A stretch of DNA of 64,000 bases from Octopus sinensis (GCF_006345805.1 NC_042998.1:129332001-129396000); one strand, 5' to 3'. Positions 50,399 through 63,824 are shown, counted from the first letter of the stretch. Program-made: numbers and translations. The notes: generated by a model from the letters alone, not told the origin.

Positions 50399-50510
50399 GA
50401 CCTTTGGCGATTGACCTTTGGCGATTGACCTTTGGCGATTGACCTTTGGCGATTGACCTTTGGCGATTGACCTTTGGCGATTGACCTTTGGCGATTGACC
50501 TTTGGCGATG
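50399..50510. repeat. 14-bp minisatellite (GACCTTTGGCGATT) x8
   Basis: Eight identical units apart from the last base. Confidence 0.97.
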
Positions 50511-51600
50511 TGTTGTGAAGCGAAGTGTCGATTGGATTGGGCCAATAGCTCGGTGGCATCCATATGCATGAATTCGGATTCTGCGCTGAAGGGGGATAAG
50601 AATTAGCATAGAATATCTCATATGCTGAAATATAGAGCATCACACATGATGCCACACCTTTTCTCAAAACGATCTATTTTTTACTTCCTTTTAGGTTCTT
50701 TGATATTTCGAGCAAGTCAAGCGACACCATAAAATCTTATTTGCTTGGCAGGAAAATATGTGAGAGGAGAATGATAACGCAAGTCATCTTGAAATTTATG
50801 TTGTTGACAATGATGATGCTGTTATTGCTTTTGCCGATATAGTTGTTGTTATTACAGTTGTTTTTTGTTACTGTTATTCTTATTGAAGCTGTTATCGTTG
50901 GTTTCTATTTGGTGTTGGGGACGGCATCAGCGACGTTAGTGGTTGTGTTAATAGTTGTGGTGGCAGTGGGAAGGGGTAAAGAGAAATTGGGTTTTGTGAA
51001 GAATTCCATTTACCTTCACGTGTCGATTCGAATGAAACATGATATGGTGGATATTTCGGGAGACAATCAGTGACATGTAATAATAACATTTGGCCTCAAG
51101 GTAGACTTCTAACATAAGTTGTTTGTGATTTTCTTTTCTCGCTCTCTCTCACTTTCTGCTCCTATCTCTATCACACACACAGTCTCTCTCTGTCTCACTT
51201 TGTGTTTATTACCGAACCTGTCTACTTGCGTGTCACAAAATCTATTTTACACTCTTCACACGCTTCAAACCCTCTTACTATTTCACTCTCACTTTAGCTT
51301 TTCGTTTGTGTCTATGATATGACGGTCCGTTTTATTTCTTTATTTCTCAACACTAACCTTTCATTCTGCTGCTGACTTAATCACTCTTCTTCCATCTCTG
51401 TCTTGCTATATTTGCAACTTTAACCCTTCCAGATTCCTCACTGAAGCTCCACCATTATTTACTTAATCATACCATCTCTCTTTCCCTTTGACTAGTTGTC
51501 TGTATCATTCCCACTCGAATATACACTATATATCCATACATTGCTTTTCCGTCTGCCTTTATTTTAGTATTTCAATATCCATTTCTTTATGTTAGTATAG

Positions 51601-51946
51601 TGGCACTCCGTCGGTTACGACGACGAGGGTTCCAGTAGATCCGATCAACAGCACAGCCTGATCGTGAAATTAATGTGCAACTGGGTGAGCATTCTACAGA
51701 CACGTGTACCCTTCTCAGGGGAGATTCGGCATGACATGGCTGGCCTTTTGAAATACGGGTACAACAGAAGCAGGAAGAAATAGTGAAAGTTGTGGTGAAA
51801 GAGTACAGCCACCACTCACTGCCGGGTCCTCGTGGAGGTTTAGGGGTTTTCGCTCAATAAGCACTCACAATACTCGCTCTGGGAATCGAAACCGCGATCC
51901 TACGACATTGAGTCCACTACCCTAACCACTGGGACATTGCGCCTCC
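51601..51946 (-). mobile_element. Full-length tRNA-derived SINE family C
   Basis: Head GGAGGCGCAATGTCCCAGTGGTTAGGG (A box), GGTTTCGATTCC (B box), tail ending gtcgtaaccgacggagtgcca. Confidence 0.85.
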
Positions 51947-51949
51947 ATT

Positions 51950-51985
<36 letters not shown>

Positions 51986-52038
51986 TAAAACTTACTTGGA
52001 AAAGGATGCGTGGCGTTCAATCATATAATAATATAAAT

Positions 52039-52078
<40 letters not shown>

Positions 52079-52403
52079 TATATACACACGTATATGTACA
52101 TACGCGGGCACAAGACGTCATAAAACGTGTACAACAAAAATATTCTATTCTATTACTCTGTCACTCTCTCTCCCTCACTCTTCATGCCTTGCTCACGTGG
52201 CTCTCACGTGACCATCGGCCAACTTCCTTTCTTCTCCTAACTTGTGTTTCTTTGTTTCTCTTCGTTGTAGCTGGAACAAAGAAGACGTGTTCTTGTCTGT
52301 CTCCTGTCCAAGTTTGATTTATACGTTCACCACCAAAACCTCGTTTAGGCTTAGCAGCCCTTTCTCTTATATATTTGCGAGGCGGCCTTCTCTTTCATCG
52401 CGA

Positions 52404-52469
52404 CCTGGTGGTTACCGCCCGTTGACAAGGGACAAAAATCCCGAAACTAGTCCGAGCCTATCTCTCAGG
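52404..52469 (+). ncRNA. Type I hammerhead ribozyme, U3-A8 core (unit 1)
   Basis: GCCCG UUGACAA GGGA-CAAAAA-UCCC GAAA C UA GU C CGAGC. Predicted cleavage after 52452. The extended stem I has two mismatches relative to unit 2. Confidence 0.75.
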
Positions 52470-52760
52470 CTTGCGAGGAAGGGGTGGTCTCCCTTTGCAA
52501 ATACTTCAAGGGCACTGAAATGGTGTCTAAAGCCAGCTGGAGACGACGATCTCCTGGGGCTATAAAGCTACAGTAACACCCCCTCCCCTATGTGGTTAGC
52601 CATGTTAAGATGGCTTCTATATTTTACATTATCGAGCGATTACTGTTTCAATCTCATTCTGAGATTTAACAATGCTTACTGTCAGTTTTTTGAAATCAGT
52701 GGCAGACGTCACTAGAAAAACTCTTATATATTTGCAAAGCGGCCTTCTCTTTCATCGCGA

Positions 52761-52826
52761 CCTGGTGGTTACCGCCCGTTGACAAGGGACAAAAATCCCG
52801 AAACTAGTCCGAGCGTATCACTCAGG
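52761..52826 (+). ncRNA. Type I hammerhead ribozyme, U3-A8 core (unit 2)
   Basis: Same core. Extended bulged stem I CCUG/CAGG, GUG/CAC, UAC/GUA, GCCCG/CGAGC. Predicted cleavage after GUC at 52809. Confidence 0.8.
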
Positions 52827-52985
52827 CTTAAAGGGAATGGGGTGGCCTCCCTTTGCAAATACTTCAAGGGCACTGAAATGGTGTCTAAAGCCAGCTGGAG
52901 ACGACGATCTCCTGGTGCTATAAAGCTACAGTAACACCCCCTCCCCTATGTGGTTAGCCATGTTAAGATGGCTTCTATACTTTAC

Positions 52986-53105
<120 letters not shown>

Positions 53106-53249
53106 ATTTATCTATATTATATTTTCTTTTTCTTCATTTTTTTCTAGTTTCAGCCCACGAGCTGTGGCCATGCTGGGGCACCACCATTGGTTATTTATCA
53201 GAAGTGGGATATTATATTCTATAATATTATAACATTTTATATTATATTA

Positions 53250-53325
<76 letters not shown>

Positions 53326-53426
53326 TATAACACGAAGCGTTAGGATACAACAAACATCAACTTACTTAGAAATGCTAGTTAAAGTACGAATTCAACCGCC
53401 GGAAGGCACCAAAATATTAGAAAGTA

Positions 53427-53945
53427 ACAGTACGCAACCTTTTCAAGTATGAGTTACTGGGCAAAAATTCCAAATGTGCCACGTTATAAATCCATCAGAG
53501 TTGTGGCTTATTTTGTGACCCCCCCCCCGAAAAACAGTACGAGTGGTGCAAAATATTTATAAGGAAAGCCATTCGAATGTCTACATTCGAAATAAGATGT
53601 TACCACTCTTAATACCATTTATGGTGAATATTTCTAATTGATAATATTAACAGCAGTAACATAGGCGGTTCACAGGTTTAATAGCGTTATATATGTATAA
53701 AATATAAAATTAGTACGAAGCGTTATGATGCAATAAGCATCAATCTATTTAGAGATGAGAGCTAAAATCCCAATTCAACCAATGTTTACATTCGAATGTT
53801 TTTGCTCATAAATATTTTGCGCCACGCGTACTGGTTTTTGTTTTGTTTGTTTGGCACAAAATAACCCAGAACGCTGATGAACTTTTAACGTGGCGGATTT
53901 GGAACTTTTGCCCAGTTACTCATACTGAAGAAGGTCGCGTACTGT
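53427..53945. mobile_element. MITE with about 155-bp TIRs and TA target duplication (Tc1/mariner-type)
   Basis: TA|ACAGTACGCAACC ... GGTCGCGTACTGT|TA. Arms align from about 53427-53580 to 53790-53945. Confidence 0.85.
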
Positions 53946-54001
53946 TATATATAACGTACACACACACACACACAGCTGTATATATGCATATATATATGTA
54001 T

Positions 54002-54054
<53 letters not shown>

Positions 54055-54120
54055 ATAATATTAGGGGTAAATCCAACTTACAGGGAAAAATTAGAGGTAG
54101 GATTAAATCTAATTTTATAG

Positions 54121-54834
54121 TATAAATATATATTATATTAAATTAGAGATAAAACCATTACTAGGCAAATCAAACAGGGAAAATCATAAGCCATTACATA
54201 GAAATAAAATTTTAAAATATATAAAAAATATAAATATCAAATATAAAATGTAAAATCCAATTAAAATATTTAAATAAAGTTAAAATTTTTAAAAATCATT
54301 AAATTATTTAAACTTATAATTATAAATATATATTTTTATTATTTTATTTAATTATTTATTTATTTTTTTATTTTTATTATTATTTATATTTGTTTATTTA
54401 TTTATTTTTTTATTTTTATATTTTTATATTTTTATATTTTTTTATATTAAAATTTTTTATTATATTTTTTGTATTTTTATATTTTTATATTATTTATTTA
54501 TTTATTTATTTTTTTTCATAAACTATCAAAAAGTATTAAAAGTTTAATAAGATAAAGGGTAAATAAATAAATAAAAATATAAATAATAATAATGAAAAAA
54601 AAAATTAAATTAAATAATAATAAATATATATATATATTTATAATTTATAAGTTAAAATTATTAATTTTAATAATTTTAAAAATTTTAACTTTAATTTAAA
54701 TATTTTAATTGGATTTTTATATTTTATATTTTATATTTTATATTTTTTATATATTTTAAAATTTTATTTCTATGTATTGGCTTTATTTTCACTGTTTGAT
54801 TTGCCTAGTAGTGGTTTTATCTCTAATTTAATAT

Positions 54835-54850
<16 letters not shown>
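54121..54850. repeat. Extremely AT-rich fold-back element
   Basis: aattagagataaaaccattactaggcaaatcaaacag (left) versus ctgtttgatttgcctagtagtggttttatctctaatt (right). Arms about 54121-54405 and 54558-54850. Confidence 0.88.
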
Positions 54851-54872
<22 letters not shown>

Positions 54873-54909
54873 CTTTATGTAAGAGGTAACACCAATGCCA
54901 AACACTATA

Positions 54910-54950
54910 CTTTAATGATGAGATCAGAATAAAGCGAAACATGTTTAGAG
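54910..54950 (+). ncRNA. Degenerate type I hammerhead-like motif
   Basis: CUUUA AUGAUGA G...C GAAA C AU GU U UAGAG. 5-bp stem I and palindromic stem III ACAUGU, but C3A and a 1-bp stem II. Confidence 0.35.
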
Positions 54951-55394
54951 ACACGTCCTGTACTTGTGCTAAAAATAGAAAACATTATTAGTAATATTCT
55001 TTATTGGTTGCCATATTAAAACTGCATGCATCTCATATGTTTCAAGGAATTATGCAAATAGATCTACCTCTAAACCAGACATAACTAATAACGTTAATAA
55101 TAAACCTGTTTGGGGGAAGGTAATACAAAAAATTGTTGTGACCCTGAACTGGACAAGTATTTATTCATAGACCCGGATAGTTTGAACGAGAATGATAAAC
55201 TTAGGGAGATTTGAGCTAAAAAATAATAAGAGTTATGGCAAAAAGTAGCGAGATACATTATCGTGGTCCGACATTCAACAGATTTATTGATATTATTAAT
55301 ACTGTTCGTTTGATAGACGGACAGCAATAATGGAACACATTTAAATATTCTACAGAAGACAAACGCTTTACGATATTCTTTTAATTCTGCTGTT

Positions 55395-55570
55395 CCTGGG
55401 ATTGCAGCCATGTTGAAACACGACACGAAAGGTTCAGTTGATCAAATCGAACTTCGTATTTTGCCTTTTAAAATCTGGTACTTATTCTATCACTCGCTGT
55501 TTGCCGAAGTGCTAGTTGATTGGCAAGTAAACAAGCCACCACTTGTTGTTAAGCGATAGGAGACAAACAC
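55395..55570 (-). mobile_element. Degraded 3' part of SINE family B
   Basis: Reverse complement contains cggcaaacag...atagaataagtacc...gcatggctgcaatc. Confidence 0.6.
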
Positions 55571-55938
55571 AAATGCGCGCATGCAAACTCGCGCATACAC
55601 GCACACAGACGGACAGACAGACAAACAAACAAACAAACACACACACACATATACTCATATATATGTACATGTATATATATATAATGATGGGGACATCATA
55701 ATATGCCGACTCGAAGACTATTTCACCGTTTTGAAGTCATTGTGAATGATATATATATGCATATATATATATATATGATGAGAGCAACGTTTGTTTTTAG
55801 AAGCATTGAGATGCATTGAAAGATACAGAAATAAAGTCTCATGGCTGACCGGTGAAGTATTTTTCTGCAATGTATGGATAATTTATCCCGTTCACGCTAT
55901 TTTAATAGTATTATCAGGCGTTTGAGAATTAAAAATAT

Positions 55939-55978
<40 letters not shown>

Positions 55979-56094
55979 CAGAGAAAAAAAGAAGAAAAAG
56001 AGAAAAAACAAACGTGAAGACGTAGCACAAGCAGTGTGTGTATGTGTGTACTTATATATATACACGCGAGAGTGGGTAGAAAAATTCATAGGGT

Positions 56095-56610
56095 AACTAT
56101 GAAGGAATGATGCGAAAGCTGTGAAATCTTCTTAAAAAACTCATTGTTTCTTCCTAAGTAAACTGACATCCGATTTCTCACAAGTAACTAGCGGTGACCT
56201 CTGTTGACAATGGACAAAATTTGGCACGTGCTGAAAAGGGATTTAGCCCTTAAGGACATTCATGATGACAAGATTTCTGCATTAGGGGCTGACGTTCTAT
56301 CTTTATCAATAGCGCAAATGTGGGCTGCTGAATTTAGGAGAGTCTTCAAGATGATCCAACATCTATACGTCCTGCAACTGCCACCACCGAGGGGAATATT
56401 GATAGTGTATGTCACATGTTGGTGGATGACAGGCGATTTACTATAAATCAAATGACCAACGCTACTGACAAATCTCGCGAGATAATTGTGAATATTCTGC
56501 CCAATGAAATCTGCATGACGAACATTTCTGCTCAGTGCGTGCCACGTCTTCTGACACCTGACCAAAAGCGCTCCAGGTTGATCGCATCTCGCAAATTCTG
56601 AGCCAGAGGG

Positions 56611-56653
<43 letters not shown>

Positions 56654-56815
56654 GATAGAGAGAGAGAAAGAGAAAGAGAGAGTGAGAGAGAGAAAGAGAG
56701 AAAGAATCCATGCACCGGAAATTCTTCTCTTCACATATTCCAAAACATGCCAAGGTAGTTATATCGACAGGGAAGGTGATGGCCTTAGTTTTTGGGTGCA
56801 AAACGTGTTGTCTTT
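56095..56815 (+). mobile_element. Mariner transposase remnant (N-terminal half), split by a (GATA)n/(GA)n expansion
   Basis: WAAEFRR, DDRRFTI, CVPRLLTPDQKRSR (WVPxxL motif), then a KAKVV.S.GKVM-like segment after the microsatellite at 56608-56700. Confidence 0.8.
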
Positions 56816-57986
56816 ATACATATCTTAGAATTAATACGATTTAAATTGTGGTTTGAGCCCCTGATTTTCATACCCCACAAGATTTCTCGTTGATAATACT
56901 TTCCTATAAATATGCTTAAATTTACTTGTTTTCCCAAATGTATAGCATTTCAGGTTTGAGGCTCTTATGAAACTCAAGCAGTGAACGATGAGTCCATGGG
57001 TATCATATAGGGGAAACAAACGTAAGCTAATAACGTTCATAAAATGATCAATATCCTTCACAATATATATATACACACGCAAGCAGATGCACACACAGAG
57101 GCACGAACACACACATACACATATAATACATTAATACATGTATGTATGTATGTATGTATGTATGTATGTATGTATGTATGTATGTATGTATGTATGTATG
57201 TATGTATGTATGTATGTATGTATCTATCTATCTATCTATCTAACTAACTAAACAAATAAATGGAAGTGATATCCAATTTCTGTGTTATTATTGTTTGTTG
57301 CTTACATGGAGTCAAAAATTTTGATGTTTAAATCGTAGAATATAATTACAAAATAGTTATTTTTAATGATGACAATGATTATGAAAATTATGATGAAATA
57401 ATTGTTATTGCTGTTTTTCCTATTGTTTTACATTCAATATTTCATAGACCTACGCGTGAACTTGCAATTTGTTACAGTCCGAAAGTTTGTTTTAAATATT
57501 CACAAAAAAACCAACATATTGAATATTTTACAAACGACTGTAAACAATGCACGAGAAGCAATACGCAACACAGATCAGACATGTTGTACAGGCACAGACT
57601 ACACTATAGAACAACATTTATGAAATATATATATATATAAAACGCATGCAGTAAATATATATGTTCATAATATATATGGACAAATATATACATATACATG
57701 CACACACACACACGCACACACACACACAAACACACACACGCAATTCAAATATGTATATACGTATATGTATATGCATAGATTTAGATATATATGTATATAA
57801 ACACACACATTTTATATACATTTTCGATTTCATACTCTCTCTCTCGCAGGCATACACACACACACACACATATATATATATACATATATATACATATATG
57901 TAAAGATATAATAATATTAATATGTATATATATATATATATATGTGTATATTCATATATATTTTCGATCTCTTATTCCATATCTCA

Positions 57987-58030
<44 letters not shown>

Positions 58031-58041
58031 TATATATATAC

Positions 58042-58073
<32 letters not shown>

Positions 58074-58900
58074 TTGTGGATATGTGAGTCTGTGTGTATG
58101 TGCATTATATGTGTGGATGTATGAATAAATTTGGATACATGTGCATTTTGTGTGTGCGAGTGTGTCAGTGTTTCCTTCCTTTACTTCAGTCTGTTTTTCA
58201 CCCTGTCCTCACTCTCTTTTGTTTGCATATATGCATATACATACATACATAGATACATACATAAACACACACACATATATGCAGACACTAATAGACAAAC
58301 TCATACATGCAAACGCGCCTACACACGCAGAGACACACACAAACACCGCACACACACACACATATATATATATGCTCAGACATATATTACATATAATCTT
58401 ATAGGGCAAAACAGCACAAAAGAAAATATAACTACTGTAAATATTGCAAAATAACAAACGCAACACAGCACACCACGAACAAAACAAACACGGAAAACAA
58501 ACAATTAGTGGAGGGAAAGATAAATAATAAACAAAACAAGCTAAACCACTAACACATAAACAGGAAAATAAAACTAGAATACTATCGAAACAAATGACAG
58601 AAAGTAAAAGTGGAAATAAATAAAAAACAAGCAAATACATTTACAAAACTGAAAAAAGAAAAAAACTTTTATTCAAGTTGTAACAGTTTGATGATTCATT
58701 ATATAATGCAAGGTTTGAAAAGTTTTTTTTCTTGTTTTCCATTTCTATTAAATCAGAAAACTGCATGATTCAAAGTACGCTGTAATGGCCCCACCTTTAT
58801 CTTTGCCTTGTTAAGTTATTATTATTATTATTATTATTATTATGAATGTTGTTGTTGTTATTATTATTATTATATTATTATATTATTATTATTATTATTA

Positions 58901-59028
<128 letters not shown>

Positions 59029-59718
59029 CATTATTTTTTCAGTCTGCTCCGATACGTGGAAAAGAGCGGATGGTGATAGTGATAGACGGCGTAAGGTGTA
59101 ATGGAAAAATGTTCGAAACACTTAGTGAAATATAAATCTAGTCACATTCTGATTGCTTTACCCGGTGGCCCCAACGCACCACTGTCTGATATTCCTTGCT
59201 CAATATTGGTTCATTACACCCGATATGCTATCTTTTAGTTGTGGAATAAAATATTCAGAAACTATTTTATATCATAATTAAAACAAACGAAATGTAAGTA
59301 TAACGAAACAGTGGGGATATATGAGAAAGTAAGTAAAGGAGGATATATTGAAACTGAGGGAGGGAGGGGGGGAGAGGGAGGCGAGAAATAGAGGATAAGA
59401 AAAATATAGAAAGAGAGGGAAGAAGTTAAAAGATAAAGAATGATTAGAAATAACCTAAAACAAGAGGGAAACGAATATCTTTCCCCAAAACAAGAGCGAA
59501 CTTAGAACCCCACTCCAAGTGTCCTGAGATGTTTGAAAAGATGGCCTCAACCAGGTAACGTAAATTATTTAGCCCGGCACTGTACAGATCCTCCATTCAA
59601 TTACCTTATATGATAATAACGATTGTTGGAATTGCTACAGTTAACCGACAAATCTCTTTCAAAAACACACATATACATCTTTAAAGGGTACGACGTATTG
59701 AATAACATTGTATTATAG

Positions 59719-59764
<46 letters not shown>

Positions 59765-59805
59765 TATATATTATATATATATATATAAATATATATATTT
59801 ATATA

Positions 59806-59840
<35 letters not shown>

Positions 59841-60356
59841 TATTATTATTATTATTATCATTATTTATTCAGTCTGCTCCGATAGTCGGATGTAGAGGGT
59901 TTGTAGGACACAGCGTGAGACGACTGTTGTTATCGTTAGGCCTAACTCATCGTAAAGTCAATACCACCATGACTGATATCCAATCTACAGTGGAGAAGGC
60001 TAGCCACTGGATTTGGTTAAAAAGAGACGATGAGCGATGGCTAGAAGTATATTGAGTTCTTCATAACCAGCTGATCTAGCAAGCGGGGCCTCATATCAGT
60101 GAGGGGGGCCGGTGCGCATTGATGTCGTCGAGAGGTAGGCCCCGAAACGGCGCGCATTCTCTCCTGATGACCCCATACACTTGCTAGCTTCCGATATACG
60201 GAGCTTTTAACTGGTAGCACTTGCATGTGCAAGTTGTTTGCAAGATATATATATAGATGAGAAAGTTGGTTTGTGAAAGCACGTGGTTGAATATATAGAA
60301 AATAGTAATAAGCACGTGGTTGAATATATAGAAAATAGTAAAAAGACGTAGATGCA

Positions 60357-60880
60357 CACTGCATCGACAACAGATTGCATTCTCAGAATACAGAATGATA
60401 CCTTTTAGTGAGCACATTGAGAAATGCGCAAAGCAACTACTACCACAATTTTTAATCTTTCCATTTTACCAATGTGCTATCGGAACACCAACACAAATTA
60501 GACTAAACAAGGAAACATTCTTCATTGAAAAGTACAAGCCAGACTTAACCATTCCAACATACTTATACAGAGAAATTCACCCCAAAGGAAAGGCAAAAAA
60601 TTTTAAGCGATTATCTCCCTTACACCGGAAGAAATCACTTATTACCTCCCCTTATCTAGAACTCTCTTCAACATAAACATAACGATAACTCTTCTCAACA
60701 TAAGCATAACGACGTAAGAAATTTGAAAAGCTAAACGCGAAATCGGTCATTTCTTCTAAACTATGTCATTGTAAGAAAAAAATTTAAAATATTCTTCAGA
60801 CATATTGACTCAAATATATATCTTTAACCTTTTAAAACAAGCCTTCTGTAGTCTTTTCACTTTTTACTATTTTCTATATA
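60357..60880 (+). mobile_element. Penelope-like element 3' end (GIY-YIG C-terminus plus 3' region)
   Basis: LHRQQIAFSEYRMIPFSEHIEKC...FLIFPFY...RLNKETFFIEKYKPDL, followed by a 3' region ending in (TA)n. Confidence 0.75.
60716..60755 (+). ncRNA. Minimal type I hammerhead ribozyme, U3-A8 core
   Basis: AAGAAAU UUGAAAA GC-UAAAC-GC GAAA U CG GU C AUUUCUU. Perfect 7-bp stem I and a GUC cleavage triplet (cleavage after 60748). Confidence 0.7.
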
Positions 60881-61199
60881 TATATATATATATATATATA
60901 CCTGAATAAAAAATGGGTCAGTCACAATGGGCGTGCATTTCGACGTAGCTTTGTTCAATCAAGTCTAAGTTTGAGTTGAGATAAACAATAATGGAATCAT
61001 AATAACATAAGAAGTAGATCATATATCTAAGGAGAGTGGGGTGCATGAGTCGATTTACATAATTACAATAGATGATTGGGACGCATTTTACCGATCGGGT
61101 AGGAAGAAAGCATCTCTTTGCCGATTTTGCCACTGACTAAAAAACTCTGCTTAAATGAAATCCGACCCGGACGAACTGTTCTAAACATATCGTTCGAAT

Positions 61200-62130
61200 C
61201 ATATACTATATTGAAATATTTGATCTAATACCAATGATATATACATATCCCTCGGCTGTGATGGCTATGCACTCGATATCTTTACGAAAACTATATATCC
61301 TCTTCAACTTCATACGTATTTAAACCCTTACTAACCTACCATAACCCAAATTATAAACTTAAGAACATACACTGTCTTGCAACACTCTCATCGTCTCTAG
61401 AAACCTTATTGCTAAAATTTGTAATATACCATATATTTTCGCTTTCGCTAAAGAAATTTTTCTATAAGGAAAATCCCTACAAATTGTCGGTAAGGAGTCC
61501 TGGCCAACAGTGACTATGAAGAGAAAATTCCATATGCTCCATCGCTAGCAAGAACCAAACATGAAAATAGACCCAAGAAAGTGATATGGTTCTCCGTCAA
61601 AATTTCTAAAATAGGTAAAAAATTCCTAGCCTTAGTAGATAAACATTTCCTCACTAGACACAAATATATTAGGTCCGTAGCTGAAGGTAACTTTCATGAA
61701 ACATCTATAAACGTTATGTGAAAGTTACCTTCAACTGCAGACCGAATATGACAACGTCCTTTAACGTAAGCGAACCAAAATAACCACTGCAGACTGCATC
61801 TTTGGAAAGTCAGATCAATGCCTTCTGCACTCGGTATACATGATTAGTTTAGTCATTTACGAAACCAAGATCATCTCTTCCCGTCAAATAAGAGAAGTAA
61901 AAAGAAACATATATACTGAGCCACGGGGACGTGACTACGCCAATCACCAGTCTACTTTTAAGCACATAAACAAAAAGAAAAGTACATAGGTAGCAAGCCA
62001 TATCTAGAATTTGAAGGGCAGCAGTATGACACATATTGTCTAGTGGAGCATTGTAGAGAGAGGTATAGGTGATACATCAACTAGTCAAAAAAGTGCTGGT
62101 TTAGTATAGTTGTAAGAACACACATCTATG
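61200..62130 (+). mobile_element. Penelope-like element ORF remnant (RT thumb, linker, GIY-YIG)
   Basis: NRPKKVIWF...IGKKFLALVDKHF, VKVTFNCRPNM, YANHQSTFKH...ST*VASHI*NLK...WSIVERG. Many stops. Confidence 0.85.
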
Positions 62131-62631
62131 TAAAACCAAAGAACTGCACCGATCATCAGAATTTTCGTAAAATGTATGCATCTCAACAAGTTTCTATTAA
62201 CGAATTGGAAGACATCCTCTCACCGGATTAGACACAGTGTTTAATGTAATTTACTCTTTCTCATATCCAGCTACTCCTATTAGGCGTAGTTATGTTGAGA
62301 TGTAAACACACGATATCAACAATATCCTTAATTTAGCGGATTAAAGGGACATAACGTAGATTCCATGAACAGAATTATTCTCCTTTTCCTTAAAATCCTC
62401 GTTTTCCTTCTCTCATCATCATTTCTCGCTCTCTTTCTCTCTTATTTCCCCGCGGAGTGTTCATCCCATTTGAACCAAAACGATTGATAGATCATGCACT
62501 GTATAATATACAGACCCGTCCTATTACTGCAATATCCGAGCATGAAACTTGAAGTAGGACTCGTATAATTCCTCTGTTCATTACGTTATAACCACACACA
62601 CACAAATTTTCCTCTTCTTCTTCTTCTTCTT

Positions 62632-62693
<62 letters not shown>

Positions 62694-62911
62694 GAGAGAG
62701 AGAGAGAGACAGAGACAGAGAGAGAGAAAGAGAGAGAGAAAGAGAGAGAAAGAGAAATAGGGGAGATTGGGAGAGAGGAGAGAAAGAGGGGGCGAGAGAG
62801 AGAGAGAGTGAGTGAGCGAGAGAGAGAGAGATGATAAGTATTGTGGAATTCATTAGATATTTCGATACCGCAAAACATTCAACATTTTAGACGACGTTCT
62901 AACTACTGTCG

Positions 62912-62961
<50 letters not shown>

Positions 62962-63670
62962 GTGTGGGTGTTTGTGTGTATGTATGTATGTATGCATATG
63001 TAAGTTTGTGTGTATGTGCAGGTAAGCAACGACTGTACATTACAGAGTACGAACATTTGGTTTATGTAAATAATAAACAAATATTTTCAGTCTGCGAGTG
63101 AACTGAATGTTGCGTTCGAAATGAGGCAAAAAAAATCTCACAAAAATTACGACAACAAAATGCGGTGTTGGTGGGTGAACCGGTGAGATAACAAAGAAAA
63201 TAGTAATATATAATATTGAATAATAGTGGAAGTGAAATAAAGAAGAAAACGAATAGAAAAGAAATGCGCATAATAAAACGAAAACATATATGACAATAAC
63301 AGCGAAAAACAATTGATTTTTGAAAACTTCAAAATACTAAATATTAAAAGCCTTGCAAAGAAATATATGTGTTGCTGCTGCATGTAGTGGAAACTGGAAT
63401 AATGCTGGGGCTGATAAATAGATAGAGTAATAATTAAAAGGGTAGAAGGCGGGGAAGGAATGCAAAAGAGAAAGAAAGCAATCGTAAAAATCAATACGCG
63501 AATATGACAAGGAGATAATGAGAGAAATAATCTCGTAAACACACACACACACACACGCCAACACACGCACACCTCTATCTTGTCTATCTATCTATCCATC
63601 TATCTATCATATATATATATATATATGTATATATCTGTCTATTATATATATGTATATATATATGTATATA

Positions 63671-63739
<69 letters not shown>

Positions 63740-63783
63740 TTATATATATATACATATATATATATATATACTTATATATATAC

Positions 63784-63824
<41 letters not shown>

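Noticed and set aside
50399-50510. CRISPR-like array
   Set aside because: The units are contiguous with no spacers, the context is eukaryotic and there are no cas genes. It is a minisatellite.
51870-51946. tRNA gene
   Set aside because: It has A and B boxes but continues into a SINE body and tail, and I could not build a full cloverleaf. It is a tRNA-derived SINE head, and the same applies to families A, B and D.
53870-53940. CTGATGA and CTGAAGA words
   Set aside because: They lie within the MITE TIR, are not conserved in the opposite arm, and have no GAAA/stem arrangement.
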